Source: Granulicella sp. (GTDB lineage Bacteria; Acidobacteriota; Terriglobia; Terriglobales; Acidobacteriaceae). From it: a DNA stretch of 64,000 bases. Location of the stretch: positions 3,166-67,165 of the forward strand of contig DASWOV010000039.1 of the NCBI GenBank assembly GCA_036398595.1, in the 5' to 3' direction. The notes under the pieces were generated by a model, which did not search any database, was not told the DNA's origin, and saw nothing but the letters and a program-made list of their open reading frames with translations. The stretch's first letter is position 1; each line of letters opens with the position of its first letter. A program made the translations under genes and the position numbers. Shown piece after piece: positions 19,547 through 29,865 of the stretch.

Positions 19547-20505
19547 GCACTCCGGCGACCTCTCCGGTGGCGCGCCGCGTGCGCGCCTACTTTGCTCCAG
19601 TCGACCGCACTGCCAGCGCTCCGACGATCTTCGATGCAGCGCAGAACGGCGGCTTCGACCTCGATAATCCACCAGCGCCATGGCTCGATCTGGGCTGGTG
19701 CAGACACTTCAAACGCCAGTGCGGCACGAAGATCGCTACGCTTGAGTCGGGCACTCCGGCGATGGCGCAGTCGCAGATACGCACGGAGATCGGCGCAACG
19801 GTTGCGCTGGAGTTCGAGAGCTGGGGCAAGCTGCAGCTTGCGCTAGCCTCTGGCTCTCAGCAGATGAATCTGCTGGCCACCGCGATCGGCGCGACGACCA
19901 ACGGTAGCGGCGGCGAGGCTGTAGCAGCAACACCACTGCTCAGTGCCTCGACAGCGACGCAGCTCAACATAGGCGAAGCGGCAGCGGCCTTTCCCATCGG
20001 CAGCATCGTTGCGGTCGATGTGGACTACACCGGACAAACGGGCTTTGTCGGCAACGGCGTGGGCGCGGCCTATGTGCGCTCGGCCAGCGCAGTCAACGGC
20101 GGTGCAAACTACGTTCGACGCGTTACGTGGAACGTGGGGCGTGTCATCGCCAACGCGAATGGCGTTCTGCAGCTGGATGCGCCTCTGCCAACGGGGACGC
20201 CCACAGCCTCAATGAAGGTGAGCGCGCTGACAGGCTTTGTCGACCGCGAGGGAGGCAGCTTCTTCGCGGAGTGGTCCGCGCTCTTTGTGCTCGACGGCGA
20301 GCAGGGCGACCGCGTGATCTTCCATTACCCGAGGCTGCAACCCATGCAGGGCTCGGCCGAGACGATGGAGACGATTGCCGCTCCGCTCGAACAGGCGCGG
20401 CTGGCCGGAGCCTTTCGCGCACTACCGGTCACGGACGCCAATGACGGCGAGCGGGTGCTGTGCTTCCGCAGCTACCTGCCTGCCGCAATGCGAGCGATTT
20501 TGTAA
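19543..20505 (+). CDS. Putative tail tube protein
   Basis: N-terminal AYFAP..WLDLGW pattern common in siphoviral tube proteins; central beta-rich insertion. Confidence 0.55.
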   Translation: MSTPATSPVARRVRAYFAPVDRTASAPTIFDAAQNGGFDLDNPPAPWLDLGWCRHFKRQCGTKIATLESGTPAMAQSQIRTEIGATVALEFESWGKLQLALASGSQQMNLLATAIGATTNGSGGEAVAATPLLSASTATQLNIGEAAAAFPIGSIVAVDVDYTGQTGFVGNGVGAAYVRSASAVNGGANYVRRVTWNVGRVIANANGVLQLDAPLPTGTPTASMKVSALTGFVDREGGSFFAEWSALFVLDGEQGDRVIFHYPRLQPMQGSAETMETIAAPLEQARLAGAFRALPVTDANDGERVLCFRSYLPAAMRAIL

Positions 20506-20537
20506 CTACATCAGGCACATATTTTCAGGAGGGAACG

Positions 20538-23500
20538 ATGGATTGGAAGCCAAGACAATGGGCGCTGGTAGGCATACTGCTGGCGATGATAGGTACGATC
20601 AGTCCTCCGCTTGCCGCGCAGGTGACGACGACCGAGATCGCCGACACCGTCTATCGCGCGGACGGCTCAGCGGCCTCGGGGACGGTCGTCATCAGTTGGC
20701 CGGAGTTCATGACGGCGACGGACCAGTCGGTTCCGGCGGGCAGTACTGCAGTTGTCATCGGCGCGGATGGCGCGCTCGATGTGCGGCTTGCGCCGAACGC
20801 GGGATCGAACCCGATGGGCAGCTACTACACGGCGGTCTATCACCTGGATGATGGCAGCATCAGCCGCCAGTACTGGGTAATTCCGGCCAGCGGCAGCGCG
20901 GTGAAGATCAGCACTGTCAGCAGCACAGTGCTGCCCATGTCGGTAGCGCAGCAGACGGTGAGCAAGAGCTACGTGGATACGGCGATTGCGCAGGCGATCA
21001 CCGGCACGGGCACAGGCTCCACTACAGGCGATGCGACCGAGTATGTGCTGAAGGCGGGCGATACGATGACCGGCCCGCTGGTGCTGCCCGGCGATCCCAC
21101 AGCGGCGACACAGGCCGCCGACAAGCACTACGTGGATACCACGGCGCAGCAGCTTGCCACCGGCCTCGGACAGAAGGTGTCGCAGCTTCCCACGGCGGGC
21201 CAGACGGTCGTGCAGCCTACGGGCACGCAGCTCTCGGTCAACCACCTGAACGGCGAGCTGTATGCCTCGCAGTATGTCGACGGCACCGGCAACAATGGCA
21301 TCGCCAACGCTGTCGCCAGCACCGACTGCGCGAGCGGCTGCGAGGTCAAGGCCGATAACAGCTATGCCTCCACCGAAGGATATGCGCCGAGCAACTGGTC
21401 GAACCAGACGCACGTGGAAGATACGCGGCAGGGCTCGCAGACCGACAGCTACATCAATCCCGGCAGCGTGACGCAACCGGGCAGCGCCATTGCCCAAACT
21501 GCTCGTCTCGTGACCAGCCAGAATCCTGCCGTGGTGAATCAGACCGTGATTGCCTCGGTGCCGAATGCAATTGTGTCCTCGCTCTCGCACCAGGCGCTGG
21601 CCGGAGGCTCCAACCTCTTTCCGCAGACGATTGAAGGCACGGTGCCTTACTTCAAGTCGAACTACTCGGTGCAGCAGCTCACCGGCAACTACAACGCGGC
21701 GGGACAGCACTCACTGGACGGTGAGCGCATCAACTGCTATGGCGTGGGCGACTGCCTGATCGGTGGCAAGTTCCTGTACGCCTCCGGCGGTCTGCGCGAC
21801 GAGGCCGATGAAGGAGCGCATGCCTACGACCAGAACTACGAAGAGGACTCGGTTGTCTTTACCGGCACCTGCTCAAGCGGCTGCTCGACCGGCTCGACCA
21901 GCGTCACCGTCGCAGTAGCCACCGGTCCCGGAACCCAGGGCGAAGGCCGCTACCTCATCAACAAAAATCCCTCCAAGACGATCAGCACCGGCACGCTGAC
22001 CGGCGGTGGAGGAGACGGCGACATCTACGCCACGGCAACCTTCAGCGGAACCTCCTTCCCGGTCAGCGTCTTCTTTTCGACCGGGGCAGCGGCTCTCTCG
22101 CAGGCGAACAACATCGCGCCCGGCACCGTAACGCTGCCGATCGCTACCAGCGGCGTGCATTCGGGCTTTGCCACCAACACCGCAGCAGCGCCTGCGCAGA
22201 GCGGCATCGCCTGCGTGGCGGACCAGGACACGCCTGGCACCAACACGCCCAGCAACTATGAGATGTCCAACTACACTGTCGTTGACGGTACGCATCTGCG
22301 ACTGACGCTGAACAAGGTACACGGCGCGCAGTCCACGGTGGCTATCGGCGGTCTGTGCGGCTATGGCATCGAGCAGACGATCGATACGCAGAACGGCATC
22401 CGGCAGGTCTTTCCGGTCATCGGTTCGTACTCAGCGATGGGCCTTTACTACGCCGCACACGAGACATTGACCATTGGCAGAACGGGGCAGACGGGAGCGT
22501 TCCTCAATCTGTCTTCTACCATTGCGACGGTATCGCGCTCGAACAACGTCGTCACATTAACAGCAACAGGCAACTTTCCCGCCGACATCAACGGCCTCAC
22601 CATGACCGTGGCCGGGGTTGCCGACAGCAGCTACAACGGCACCTTCACGGTGACGACCACTGGCACGAAGACACTGACCTACACGCAGACCGGCGCCGAC
22701 AGCACCAGCACCGGCGGCACACTGTCGATCCTGACCGGCGACTATGTGCTCTACCCGATCGCCGAGGTGCTCAGCGTGATGAATCCATCGACAAAGCAGG
22801 TGGACGGGCAGATGGCACTGGCGCCGAACACGGTCGCCTGGGCCTCCGGCGATCCGGTCGAGGAGCCTCACTACTTCGAGGAGAGTGTCTCTGCCGACCG
22901 GATCAACATCTCGCAGACCATGCCGCGGCCTTCGACGAAGGGCGGCGGCGGCATCTACTATAGAGGCAATCTCACCAACGGAGTGATAGGGTGGGTCATC
23001 AGCAATCTGGAACCGGCGACGAGCTATATGGGCTCGGGCGGCATGCACTTTCCTCCCTTTGCGGCTTATGTGGCCAACGGTGTGTGGAACTCCACGATGG
23101 ATCTGGTTGCGGGACAGCAGAGCGTCTTTGCAGTGCATTGCAACGCGCACGGCTGCGGCCAGTGGAACAGCGGCTATGACCTGTTCGAGCTGAACAGCAA
23201 TGTGGGCGGCGATACGGTTCACTACGATCCGCTGACCAGCACGCTCAACTTCGGCATGCGCGGCACCAACTACCAGTTGACCCCGCAGGCGCTGACGGCG
23301 GGCACGATCAATGCCACGACCCTCAACGCTACAACGATCAACGGCTCGGTGAGCGGCAGCAGCATCGCCAGCGGAACCGTCTCTGCGGCGCGTCTGCCGA
23401 TGCTTGGAGCCTCGGGCAGCGGGCATGCGGCCGGCATCGCTCCGGACCCCGGCGCGACAGCCGGAACCACCCGCTTTCTGCGCGAGGACGGCACCTGGAG

Positions 23501-25151
23501 CGTACCCGCAGGCGGAGGCGGCTCCGCCGCTGGCTCAGCAACGCTAGCCGCCGGAGCCACGGCCGACTACAACTTCCTGGAGGGCACGGGCACCACGGTC
23601 AACGACACCACGGGCAACGGCAACAACGCCACCTTCGGCGCGAACCCGCCTGCCTGGACAACCGCCGGTCTGAGCTTCATCCCTAAACAGGGAGTAAGCC
23701 TGCCCACCGCGCTCAACGGCACGCAGACCTTCTTTGTCGCGCTCTACATCAACCCACTGAGCGCCGGTCCGCAGCCGTACACGAACACGTACAGCCCGGT
23801 AATCTCGAGCAGCCTCGGCAGCAACGGCTTCAGCCTGCTCACCGCGCTGGACGTCACCTCCAGCTACCTGCCGAATGCCTTCGCGCCGTCGCTCTTCGTG
23901 AACGGCGCTCACGCCACGTCCTCGCAGACGCTGCTCTCGGGCTTCCACGTGCTGGCGGTGACGCTGGGCTCGGGCAGCGCGAAGGATCACCTGTACATCG
24001 ATGGCGTCGAGGTGGGGTCATACATCCGACAGACCACTTCGGCGAGCGCGCAGACCTCCGGCAACCTGTACCTTGGCTCCTCGGGCATCAACCCGTGGGA
24101 TGCCTCGGGCCTCTACGGCACGGTCTACCGGATGCGCACCTATGCGACGGCGCTTCCGTCGGCAACAGTGCAGATGGTGTCCAACTCCATCGCCGCCGAG
24201 GTAGCCAGCCGCGGCATAGCGACGAAGCCGGTACCGGTGCCCATGGGCGCGCCGCGCATCCATGCCGTCGGGGACTCGATCACCTATGGGCAGGGCGTGT
24301 CGACGCCGTGGCCTTCGCTGCTCTCGCTGACGAGCCTCACCGGCTATGCCACCACCGACTGGGGCATCAGCGGCATCATGGTCGCGGCCCTTGCGGCCTC
24401 GGAGCCGAACCGGGTTGCGCCGCAGTGCTCCTCCGGACCAGGCAGCCCGTCGCAGATTGCGATCGTCTTTGCCGGAACGAATGACCTCTCGGGCGGCTTC
24501 CCCGAGACGCTTGCCTTCCAGAACCTTCTGGCCGAGGTGCATACGCTGAAGCAGGCCGGATGCAAAGTCTTCGTCGGAACAATGATCTCGCGTGGAGGCA
24601 CCGACGGCAGCGCAAGCCATGCCACGATCGACTCCGACAAGAACGTATTCAACGCCCAGATCCTGCAACAGGCGAAGAGCTTCGAGGCTGACAGCATCGT
24701 GGACTTTGCAGCTAACCCGCTGCTCGGAGCCGATGGAGCCAGCACCAACACGACCTACTTCCAGGCCGACCAGACGCATCCGACGCAAGCCGGACAGGCA
24801 TTGCTGGCCGCGGCGGCCAGCAATGTACTGAACTACTACTTCGGCTACAGCGAGACGAACCCGCATGTGGTCACAACGCTGGGCTATAGCATGACGGCTG
24901 CCGATGGCTACATCAGCCTCTCGGGTCTAACCGGCGCGGGCGCGCTGACGCTGCCGGACTGCACCGGGCAGAGCGGCGCGGGCTACCGGATCAACAACCC
25001 GCAGTCGGCCTATGCGGTCACGGTGGCTCCGCTGAACGGCAACCAGCTCATCAATGGGCTGAGCACGGTCACGGTGCCCGCCAATGCCACGCTGCTGCTG
25101 CGCGACGTCCCGAACCCGAAGACGACCGCAGGCTGCCACTGGGAGATGTAA
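20538..25151 (+). CDS. 1537-aa tail-fibre/spike-like protein with signal peptide, LamG-like and SGNH esterase domains
   Basis: Sec-like leader MDWKPRQWALVGILLAMIGTISPPLAA; fibre motif YVLKAGDTMTGPL..AADKHYVD; YNFLEGTGTTVNDTTGNGNNA (LamG-like); GDSITYG, GTND and DQTHP (SGNH); Thr/Gly/Ser rich. Confidence 0.7.
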   Translation: MDWKPRQWALVGILLAMIGTISPPLAAQVTTTEIADTVYRADGSAASGTVVISWPEFMTATDQSVPAGSTAVVIGADGALDVRLAPNAGSNPMGSYYTAVYHLDDGSISRQYWVIPASGSAVKISTVSSTVLPMSVAQQTVSKSYVDTAIAQAITGTGTGSTTGDATEYVLKAGDTMTGPLVLPGDPTAATQAADKHYVDTTAQQLATGLGQKVSQLPTAGQTVVQPTGTQLSVNHLNGELYASQYVDGTGNNGIANAVASTDCASGCEVKADNSYASTEGYAPSNWSNQTHVEDTRQGSQTDSYINPGSVTQPGSAIAQTARLVTSQNPAVVNQTVIASVPNAIVSSLSHQALAGGSNLFPQTIEGTVPYFKSNYSVQQLTGNYNAAGQHSLDGERINCYGVGDCLIGGKFLYASGGLRDEADEGAHAYDQNYEEDSVVFTGTCSSGCSTGSTSVTVAVATGPGTQGEGRYLINKNPSKTISTGTLTGGGGDGDIYATATFSGTSFPVSVFFSTGAAALSQANNIAPGTVTLPIATSGVHSGFATNTAAAPAQSGIACVADQDTPGTNTPSNYEMSNYTVVDGTHLRLTLNKVHGAQSTVAIGGLCGYGIEQTIDTQNGIRQVFPVIGSYSAMGLYYAAHETLTIGRTGQTGAFLNLSSTIATVSRSNNVVTLTATGNFPADINGLTMTVAGVADSSYNGTFTVTTTGTKTLTYTQTGADSTSTGGTLSILTGDYVLYPIAEVLSVMNPSTKQVDGQMALAPNTVAWASGDPVEEPHYFEESVSADRINISQTMPRPSTKGGGGIYYRGNLTNGVIGWVISNLEPATSYMGSGGMHFPPFAAYVANGVWNSTMDLVAGQQSVFAVHCNAHGCGQWNSGYDLFELNSNVGGDTVHYDPLTSTLNFGMRGTNYQLTPQALTAGTINATTLNATTINGSVSGSSIASGTVSAARLPMLGASGSGHAAGIAPDPGATAGTTRFLREDGTWSVPAGGGGSAAGSATLAAGATADYNFLEGTGTTVNDTTGNGNNATFGANPPAWTTAGLSFIPKQGVSLPTALNGTQTFFVALYINPLSAGPQPYTNTYSPVISSSLGSNGFSLLTALDVTSSYLPNAFAPSLFVNGAHATSSQTLLSGFHVLAVTLGSGSAKDHLYIDGVEVGSYIRQTTSASAQTSGNLYLGSSGINPWDASGLYGTVYRMRTYATALPSATVQMVSNSIAAEVASRGIATKPVPVPMGAPRIHAVGDSITYGQGVSTPWPSLLSLTSLTGYATTDWGISGIMVAALAASEPNRVAPQCSSGPGSPSQIAIVFAGTNDLSGGFPETLAFQNLLAEVHTLKQAGCKVFVGTMISRGGTDGSASHATIDSDKNVFNAQILQQAKSFEADSIVDFAANPLLGADGASTNTTYFQADQTHPTQAGQALLAAAASNVLNYYFGYSETNPHVVTTLGYSMTAADGYISLSGLTGAGALTLPDCTGQSGAGYRINNPQSAYAVTVAPLNGNQLINGLSTVTVPANATLLLRDVPNPKTTAGCHWEM

Positions 25152-25226
25152 TCGCTGCGGCGCGGCCTGCCTGCTCTCGAATGAGGGCGGGCGGCAGCGC
25201 CGTGCCTTATTTCAAGACGAGGAGCG

Positions 25227-26726
25227 ATGGATGAGATCGAAGAGAAGTTAGCCAGTGTGCCTGGCCTGACCTCGCTCGCGGAGATGCTCGACGAGCGATG
25301 GGATGGCATAGAGAACGACAATGGCTCGATGCGGCTGGCGCAGAAGGTGCTGCGCGTACGCGACCGCGAGGGCCACGAACAGCCGCTCCAAGCCAATCGG
25401 GCGCAGAGCGAGTTTGAACGGCAGCGCAAGCAGCACAACATCATCCTGAAGGCTCGGCAGATGGGCATGACCACCTGGGCCTCGGGACGATTCTTTCTGA
25501 AGACGATCACCACGCCGGGCACGCTGACCGTGCAGGTCGCGCAGACCCGCGAGGCCGCCGAGAGCATGTTCCGCATCGCGCAGCGTTTCTGGGAGAACCT
25601 GCCCGAGGGCTGCCGCACAGGACCGCTCAAGCGCAGCCGCGCCAACAAGCGGCAGATGATCTTTCCCGCGCTCGACAGCGAGTTCCGCGTGGTGAGCGCG
25701 GCGGATGTCAACGCCGGGCGCGGGCTGACGATCCAGAACCTGCACTGCAGCGAGCTTTCGCGCTGGAGAGGCAATCCGCGGGAGACGCTGGCCGGGCTGA
25801 GGGCTGCGCTCGCGCCCGGCGGCGAGCTGATTCTGGAGTCCACGCCCAACGGCGCGGTGGGCTGCTTCTACGACGAGTGGATGCAGGCCGCGCAGAGCGG
25901 TCTGGCGGCGCACTTTTTTCCGTGGTGGCTTGAAGATTCGTATGTAACCGCGCCGGTTACAGAGTTCACCGACGACGAGCAGGAGCTGATGCAGCTTCAT
26001 CGTTTGACGCCGGAACAGATTGGCTTTCGCCGCCAGCTTGCGGGAAGCTATCGCGGCCTGCGGGCGCAGGAGTTCGCCGAAGACCCGGCGCGTTGCTTCC
26101 GAGCAAGCGGCAACTGCTGCTTCGAGATCGAGGCGATTGAAGAGCGCATGCTGGAGCTGACGGAACCGGTCAAGCGCAGGCGGCATGGGGCGCTGCTGGT
26201 GTGGCTGCCGCCGATGCCGGGGCGCGAGTACATCGTCGGCGTAGACCCGGCAGGCGGCAGCAGCGACGGCGACTACAGCGTGGCGCAGGTGATTGAGCTG
26301 CAGACCGGTACGCAGTGCGCGGAGCTGCGGGATCATCTGAGCCCGATGGAGCTGGCACGCGCTATCGCGGAGCTTGCGAAGGAGTACAACGGCGCCCTGG
26401 TCGCGGTGGAGCGCAACTTTCATGGCGCGGCGGTGCATGCGTTTCTGGACACGACGGCGCGGTATGAGCGCATCTACACCGTGAATGGTGAGCGCGGCTT
26501 TCTGACCAGCTCCGCCTCGAAGCCGGAGATTCTGAGCCGCCTGGGTGCGCTGCTGGTGGAGCGGCCGGGAATCTTCAACAGCCGCCGTCTGCTGGCCGAG
26601 TGCCGCACCTTCGTGCATCTGGCGAGCGGCGGCGCGGGAGCCGCTCCCGGAGCGCACGACGACTGCGTGATGGCGATGGCGATTGCACAACACGTTCGTT
26701 CAGAGCGCATACTGAAGCGGCGCTGA
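25227..26726 (+). CDS. Terminase large subunit
   Basis: Walker A LKARQMGMTT, Walker B LHCSE, motif III ESTPNG, nuclease GVDPAGG and HDDCVMAMAIA. Confidence 0.92.
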   Translation: MDEIEEKLASVPGLTSLAEMLDERWDGIENDNGSMRLAQKVLRVRDREGHEQPLQANRAQSEFERQRKQHNIILKARQMGMTTWASGRFFLKTITTPGTLTVQVAQTREAAESMFRIAQRFWENLPEGCRTGPLKRSRANKRQMIFPALDSEFRVVSAADVNAGRGLTIQNLHCSELSRWRGNPRETLAGLRAALAPGGELILESTPNGAVGCFYDEWMQAAQSGLAAHFFPWWLEDSYVTAPVTEFTDDEQELMQLHRLTPEQIGFRRQLAGSYRGLRAQEFAEDPARCFRASGNCCFEIEAIEERMLELTEPVKRRRHGALLVWLPPMPGREYIVGVDPAGGSSDGDYSVAQVIELQTGTQCAELRDHLSPMELARAIAELAKEYNGALVAVERNFHGAAVHAFLDTTARYERIYTVNGERGFLTSSASKPEILSRLGALLVERPGIFNSRRLLAECRTFVHLASGGAGAAPGAHDDCVMAMAIAQHVRSERILKRR

Positions 26727-26746
26727 CGGTACAGTATGCTGCTGAT

Positions 26747-27613
26747 GTGGCAGTGCTTGCGGTACAGGCGATTCGGAGGATGCGGGGCGGCGCGCAGAGC
26801 CAGTTAATGCTGGGCGCGGACGGAAAGCTGTGGGTGGTGAAGTTCCAGAACAACCCGCAGCATACGCGCGTGCTCGCCAACGAGCTGATCGCCACGCGGC
26901 TGGCCGAGGCCGCGGGGCTGACGGTGCCGGTGAGCGACGTCGTCGAGGTGACGGAGTGGCTGGTCACGCACACGGCCGATATGGAGATCGAGCTGGCGCG
27001 GGGTATGCGCGAGCGCTATCGCCCGGGGTTACAGTTCGGCAGCCAGTTTGTGGGCGGACTGATGCCTGGGCAGGTGGTGGACTATCTGCCCGAGGCGCAG
27101 CTCGATGAGGTACGCAACCTCAGCGAGTTTGCAGGCATGCTGGCACTCGACAAGTGGACGGGCAATTGTAACGGCAGGCAGGCGGTCTTCGAGCGCAAAC
27201 CGAGGGAGCGCCGCTACCGCGCCCTTTTCATCGACCAGGGCTTCTGCTTCAACGCGGGCGAGTGGACCTTTCCCGACAGCCCGCTGCGCGGCGTCTATGC
27301 GCGCAACAAGGTCTATGAGCGGGTGACAGGATGGCCGAGCTTCGAGCCGTGGCTGAGCCGCATCGAGAGCATGTCGCCGGAGGTGCTGTGGCGCATCGCC
27401 GAGGCCGTGCCGCCGGAGTGGTACGGCGGCGACACCAGCGACCTGGAGCGGCTGATGGAGCAGATGCTGATGCGGCGTAGCCGTGTGCGCGAGTTGATTG
27501 CGGCGTTTCGGGACTCATCGCGGGAACCATTCCCGTTATGGACCACAAAGGCAGGGGTTGCGGTGCCACGGCAGTTCGCGGAGGTCAATGAAGCCGGTAA
27601 GTTTGTGATGTAA
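26747..27613 (+). CDS. HipA-like (HipA_2-type) Ser/Thr kinase
   Basis: RGGAQS Gly loop, VVKF, NELIATRLA..GL.VP, LDKWTGNCNGR and FIDQG; GTG start 6 nt after TATGCT. Confidence 0.8.
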   Translation: MAVLAVQAIRRMRGGAQSQLMLGADGKLWVVKFQNNPQHTRVLANELIATRLAEAAGLTVPVSDVVEVTEWLVTHTADMEIELARGMRERYRPGLQFGSQFVGGLMPGQVVDYLPEAQLDEVRNLSEFAGMLALDKWTGNCNGRQAVFERKPRERRYRALFIDQGFCFNAGEWTFPDSPLRGVYARNKVYERVTGWPSFEPWLSRIESMSPEVLWRIAEAVPPEWYGGDTSDLERLMEQMLMRRSRVRELIAAFRDSSREPFPLWTTKAGVAVPRQFAEVNEAGKFVM

Positions 27614-27676
27614 CGCAGCACAGGCCAGTATGGTTGTTGAATTGCAGGAACAGTCTGACGAAAGGGGAGCGAAGGC

Positions 27677-28501
27677 TTGAAGGAGCGGGTGCCATGCGAG
27701 TTCTTCCTCATCCGGTATGTGCCGGATGTGGTGAAGGGCGAGTTTACGAACATCGGCGTGCTGCTGCGCGAGGTACGCGCTGACGCGGCTGCGCCTGTCG
27801 TGCGCTTTACCCGCGACTGGACCCGCGTGCGCTGCATGGACTCTGGCGCGGACATCGCCCTGCTTGAGGCCATGGAGCACGAGATCGCGGCGCGGCTGCA
27901 CCATGGCGCGCACGATCCCAAGCCGATCCTCGCGCTGCTCGAGGACACGCTGGCCAACTCGCTGCAGATCACCGAGGCGCGGGCCTGCCTGGCCGAGAGC
28001 GTTCCTGCTGAACTCGACCAGCTCATGCGGCTGTATGTAGAACCGATCAAGGTGAAGGCCGAGCGCAAACGCACCGGACGCGCAGCCATTGCCGGCACCA
28101 TGCGCACAGAGTTCGAGCGGGCAGGCGTGTGGAGGCTGATGCGCAAGCGCATCGCGGCCTCGCTCTACACCGCGCCGGGCGATCCGATGAAGATCGACTG
28201 CGGCTATCGTCCGAACGGCATCATTCGCATGTTTCAGGCCGTCTCGCTTGAGGGCGATGTGGAGGCGGCCAAGGTGCTCGCCTTTACTGCGCCGCAGTTG
28301 CGTGAAGGTGTAGAGCGCGTGGAGCAGGCAAAGCTTGAGCTGACGGCGATCATTGAACCTGTCTCACAGATCATCGGCGAGGATGCTGCCGATGCCTATC
28401 GCTTCGGCGTTGATGCGATGGAGCGGCAGGCGATCCGCGTGATGACAGTGAACGATCTGACGCGGATTGCAGAGACGGCGCGGGTGGAGCTTCGGGTGTA
28501 G
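27677..28501 (+). CDS. DUF3037-domain protein
   Basis: FLIRYVPDVVKGEFTNIGVLL and LDQLMRLYV motifs; usual partner of HipA_2 kinases; extra C-terminal domain (MKIDCGY). Confidence 0.82.
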   Translation: MKERVPCEFFLIRYVPDVVKGEFTNIGVLLREVRADAAAPVVRFTRDWTRVRCMDSGADIALLEAMEHEIAARLHHGAHDPKPILALLEDTLANSLQITEARACLAESVPAELDQLMRLYVEPIKVKAERKRTGRAAIAGTMRTEFERAGVWRLMRKRIAASLYTAPGDPMKIDCGYRPNGIIRMFQAVSLEGDVEAAKVLAFTAPQLREGVERVEQAKLELTAIIEPVSQIIGEDAADAYRFGVDAMERQAIRVMTVNDLTRIAETARVELRV

Positions 28502-28547
28502 ATAGCTGTTAGCTCTTAGCTTCTGGCTGTTAGCGAAAGATTTTTGT

Positions 28548-28580
28548 GGGCGTGGCCTTCGGGCTGCGCCCTTTGTTTTT
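28548..28580 (+). terminator. Intrinsic terminator before the portal gene
   Basis: GGGCGTGGCC-TTCG-GGCTGCGCCC followed by TTTGTTTTT. Confidence 0.8.
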
Positions 28581-28617
28581 CTGCATGGAACGCAATTTGT
28601 AACAGGAGCGGTGACTT

Positions 28618-29865
28618 ATGGGAGTACGAAGCACAGTGAAGGAGATGTGGCGGCTGTTGGCGGGCGAGGAGAAGGCCGCCGGGGAGCGCAAGACGGCGGC
28701 GCTGCCGTCGATCCTGCAGCCGTACCGCAGTGCCAGCCTGCCTGCGATGCCGAAGCCTACGCCCGCCAACCTGCGCCGGTTCGCCGAGACGCCGGTGGCG
28801 CGGCGGGCGATCAACCTCGTCAAGGACCGCATCGCCAGCATGGACTGGCAGGTGCGCGTGCGGCGCGGCTACACGCACGGCACGGTGGAGAACGCCGCCG
28901 AGCGTCTGAACACGCTACGCCGCTGCCTGGAGGAGCCGAACGCGGCCGACAGCTTCCGCGTGCTGTGGGAGCAGGTACTCGAGGACCTGCTTGTCGGCGG
29001 CTTCGGCGCGGTGGAGATGGAGCTGACCAATGACATGGCGCAGCCCTTCCGCCTGTACCCGGTCGATGGCGCGACCATCCAGATCGATCCGAAGTGGGAC
29101 GGCAGCCCGGGGACGCCGCGCTACGCGCAGGCCACGGGCAAGCTGGGCAAGGATGGCCTGGTGCCTCTGCTTGATGATGAGCTGATCTACCTGCGGCTCA
29201 ATCCACGCACGCATACGCCCTTCGGGCTGGGCAGGCTCGAGGTCGCCTTCGAGTCGATTGGCCAGTTCCTTGCCGCGCATCGCTATGCGGGGCGGTTGGC
29301 CTCGAACTCGGTGGTGCAGTATGCGCTGTGGCTCAGCGAGGCTACGCCGGAGCAGCACGATCGGCTCATCCGCTGGTGGCAGGACGAGATCGAAGGCACA
29401 GGCCGCGTGCCGATTCTCAGCTCTCCTGAGAAGCCGGAGGTACTCCGGTTTGCCGGTGGCACGGACGCCGATCTGCGGCTCGAGTGGCAGCAGTTTCTCA
29501 TTACGATGATTGCGAATGCGTTCGATCTGCCGCCGATGATGCTTGGCCTGATGGGCGACGTGAATCGCTCGACGGCGAGCGAGATGGCCGACGAGGCCTT
29601 CCAGAGCGCCATCGTACCGGTAGCGAAGCTGCTGGCCGAGCACATCACGCGTGACCTCTTCGCCAAGCGGCTGGGCTGGCGCGAGTTCGAGTTCTGCTTC
29701 AACGAGCTGGAGAGCCGTAACGAGATGGAGCAGATGCAGATCCAGACGGAGCTGCTGAAGGCTGGCATTCTGACCGTTGCCGAGGTACGCAAGTCGCGTG
29801 GGCTGGAGGCTCTTCCCGATAAGCAGGACCGGCAGGTTGCTGCACCAGTGGAGGTAACGAGGTGA
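28618..29865 (+). CDS. Phage portal protein (HK97-like)
   Basis: PVARRAINLVKDRIAS, EPN, LYPVDG, FGLGRLE, IANAFDLPPMMLG and GILTVAEVRKSRGL motifs. Confidence 0.92.
   Translation: MGVRSTVKEMWRLLAGEEKAAGERKTAALPSILQPYRSASLPAMPKPTPANLRRFAETPVARRAINLVKDRIASMDWQVRVRRGYTHGTVENAAERLNTLRRCLEEPNAADSFRVLWEQVLEDLLVGGFGAVEMELTNDMAQPFRLYPVDGATIQIDPKWDGSPGTPRYAQATGKLGKDGLVPLLDDELIYLRLNPRTHTPFGLGRLEVAFESIGQFLAAHRYAGRLASNSVVQYALWLSEATPEQHDRLIRWWQDEIEGTGRVPILSSPEKPEVLRFAGGTDADLRLEWQQFLITMIANAFDLPPMMLGLMGDVNRSTASEMADEAFQSAIVPVAKLLAEHITRDLFAKRLGWREFEFCFNELESRNEMEQMQIQTELLKAGILTVAEVRKSRGLEALPDKQDRQVAAPVEVTR

Noticed and set aside
28503-28534. TAGCTGT/TAGCTCT heptamer-like run after the DUF3037 gene
   Set aside because: Short and degenerate; no function can be supported from the sequence.
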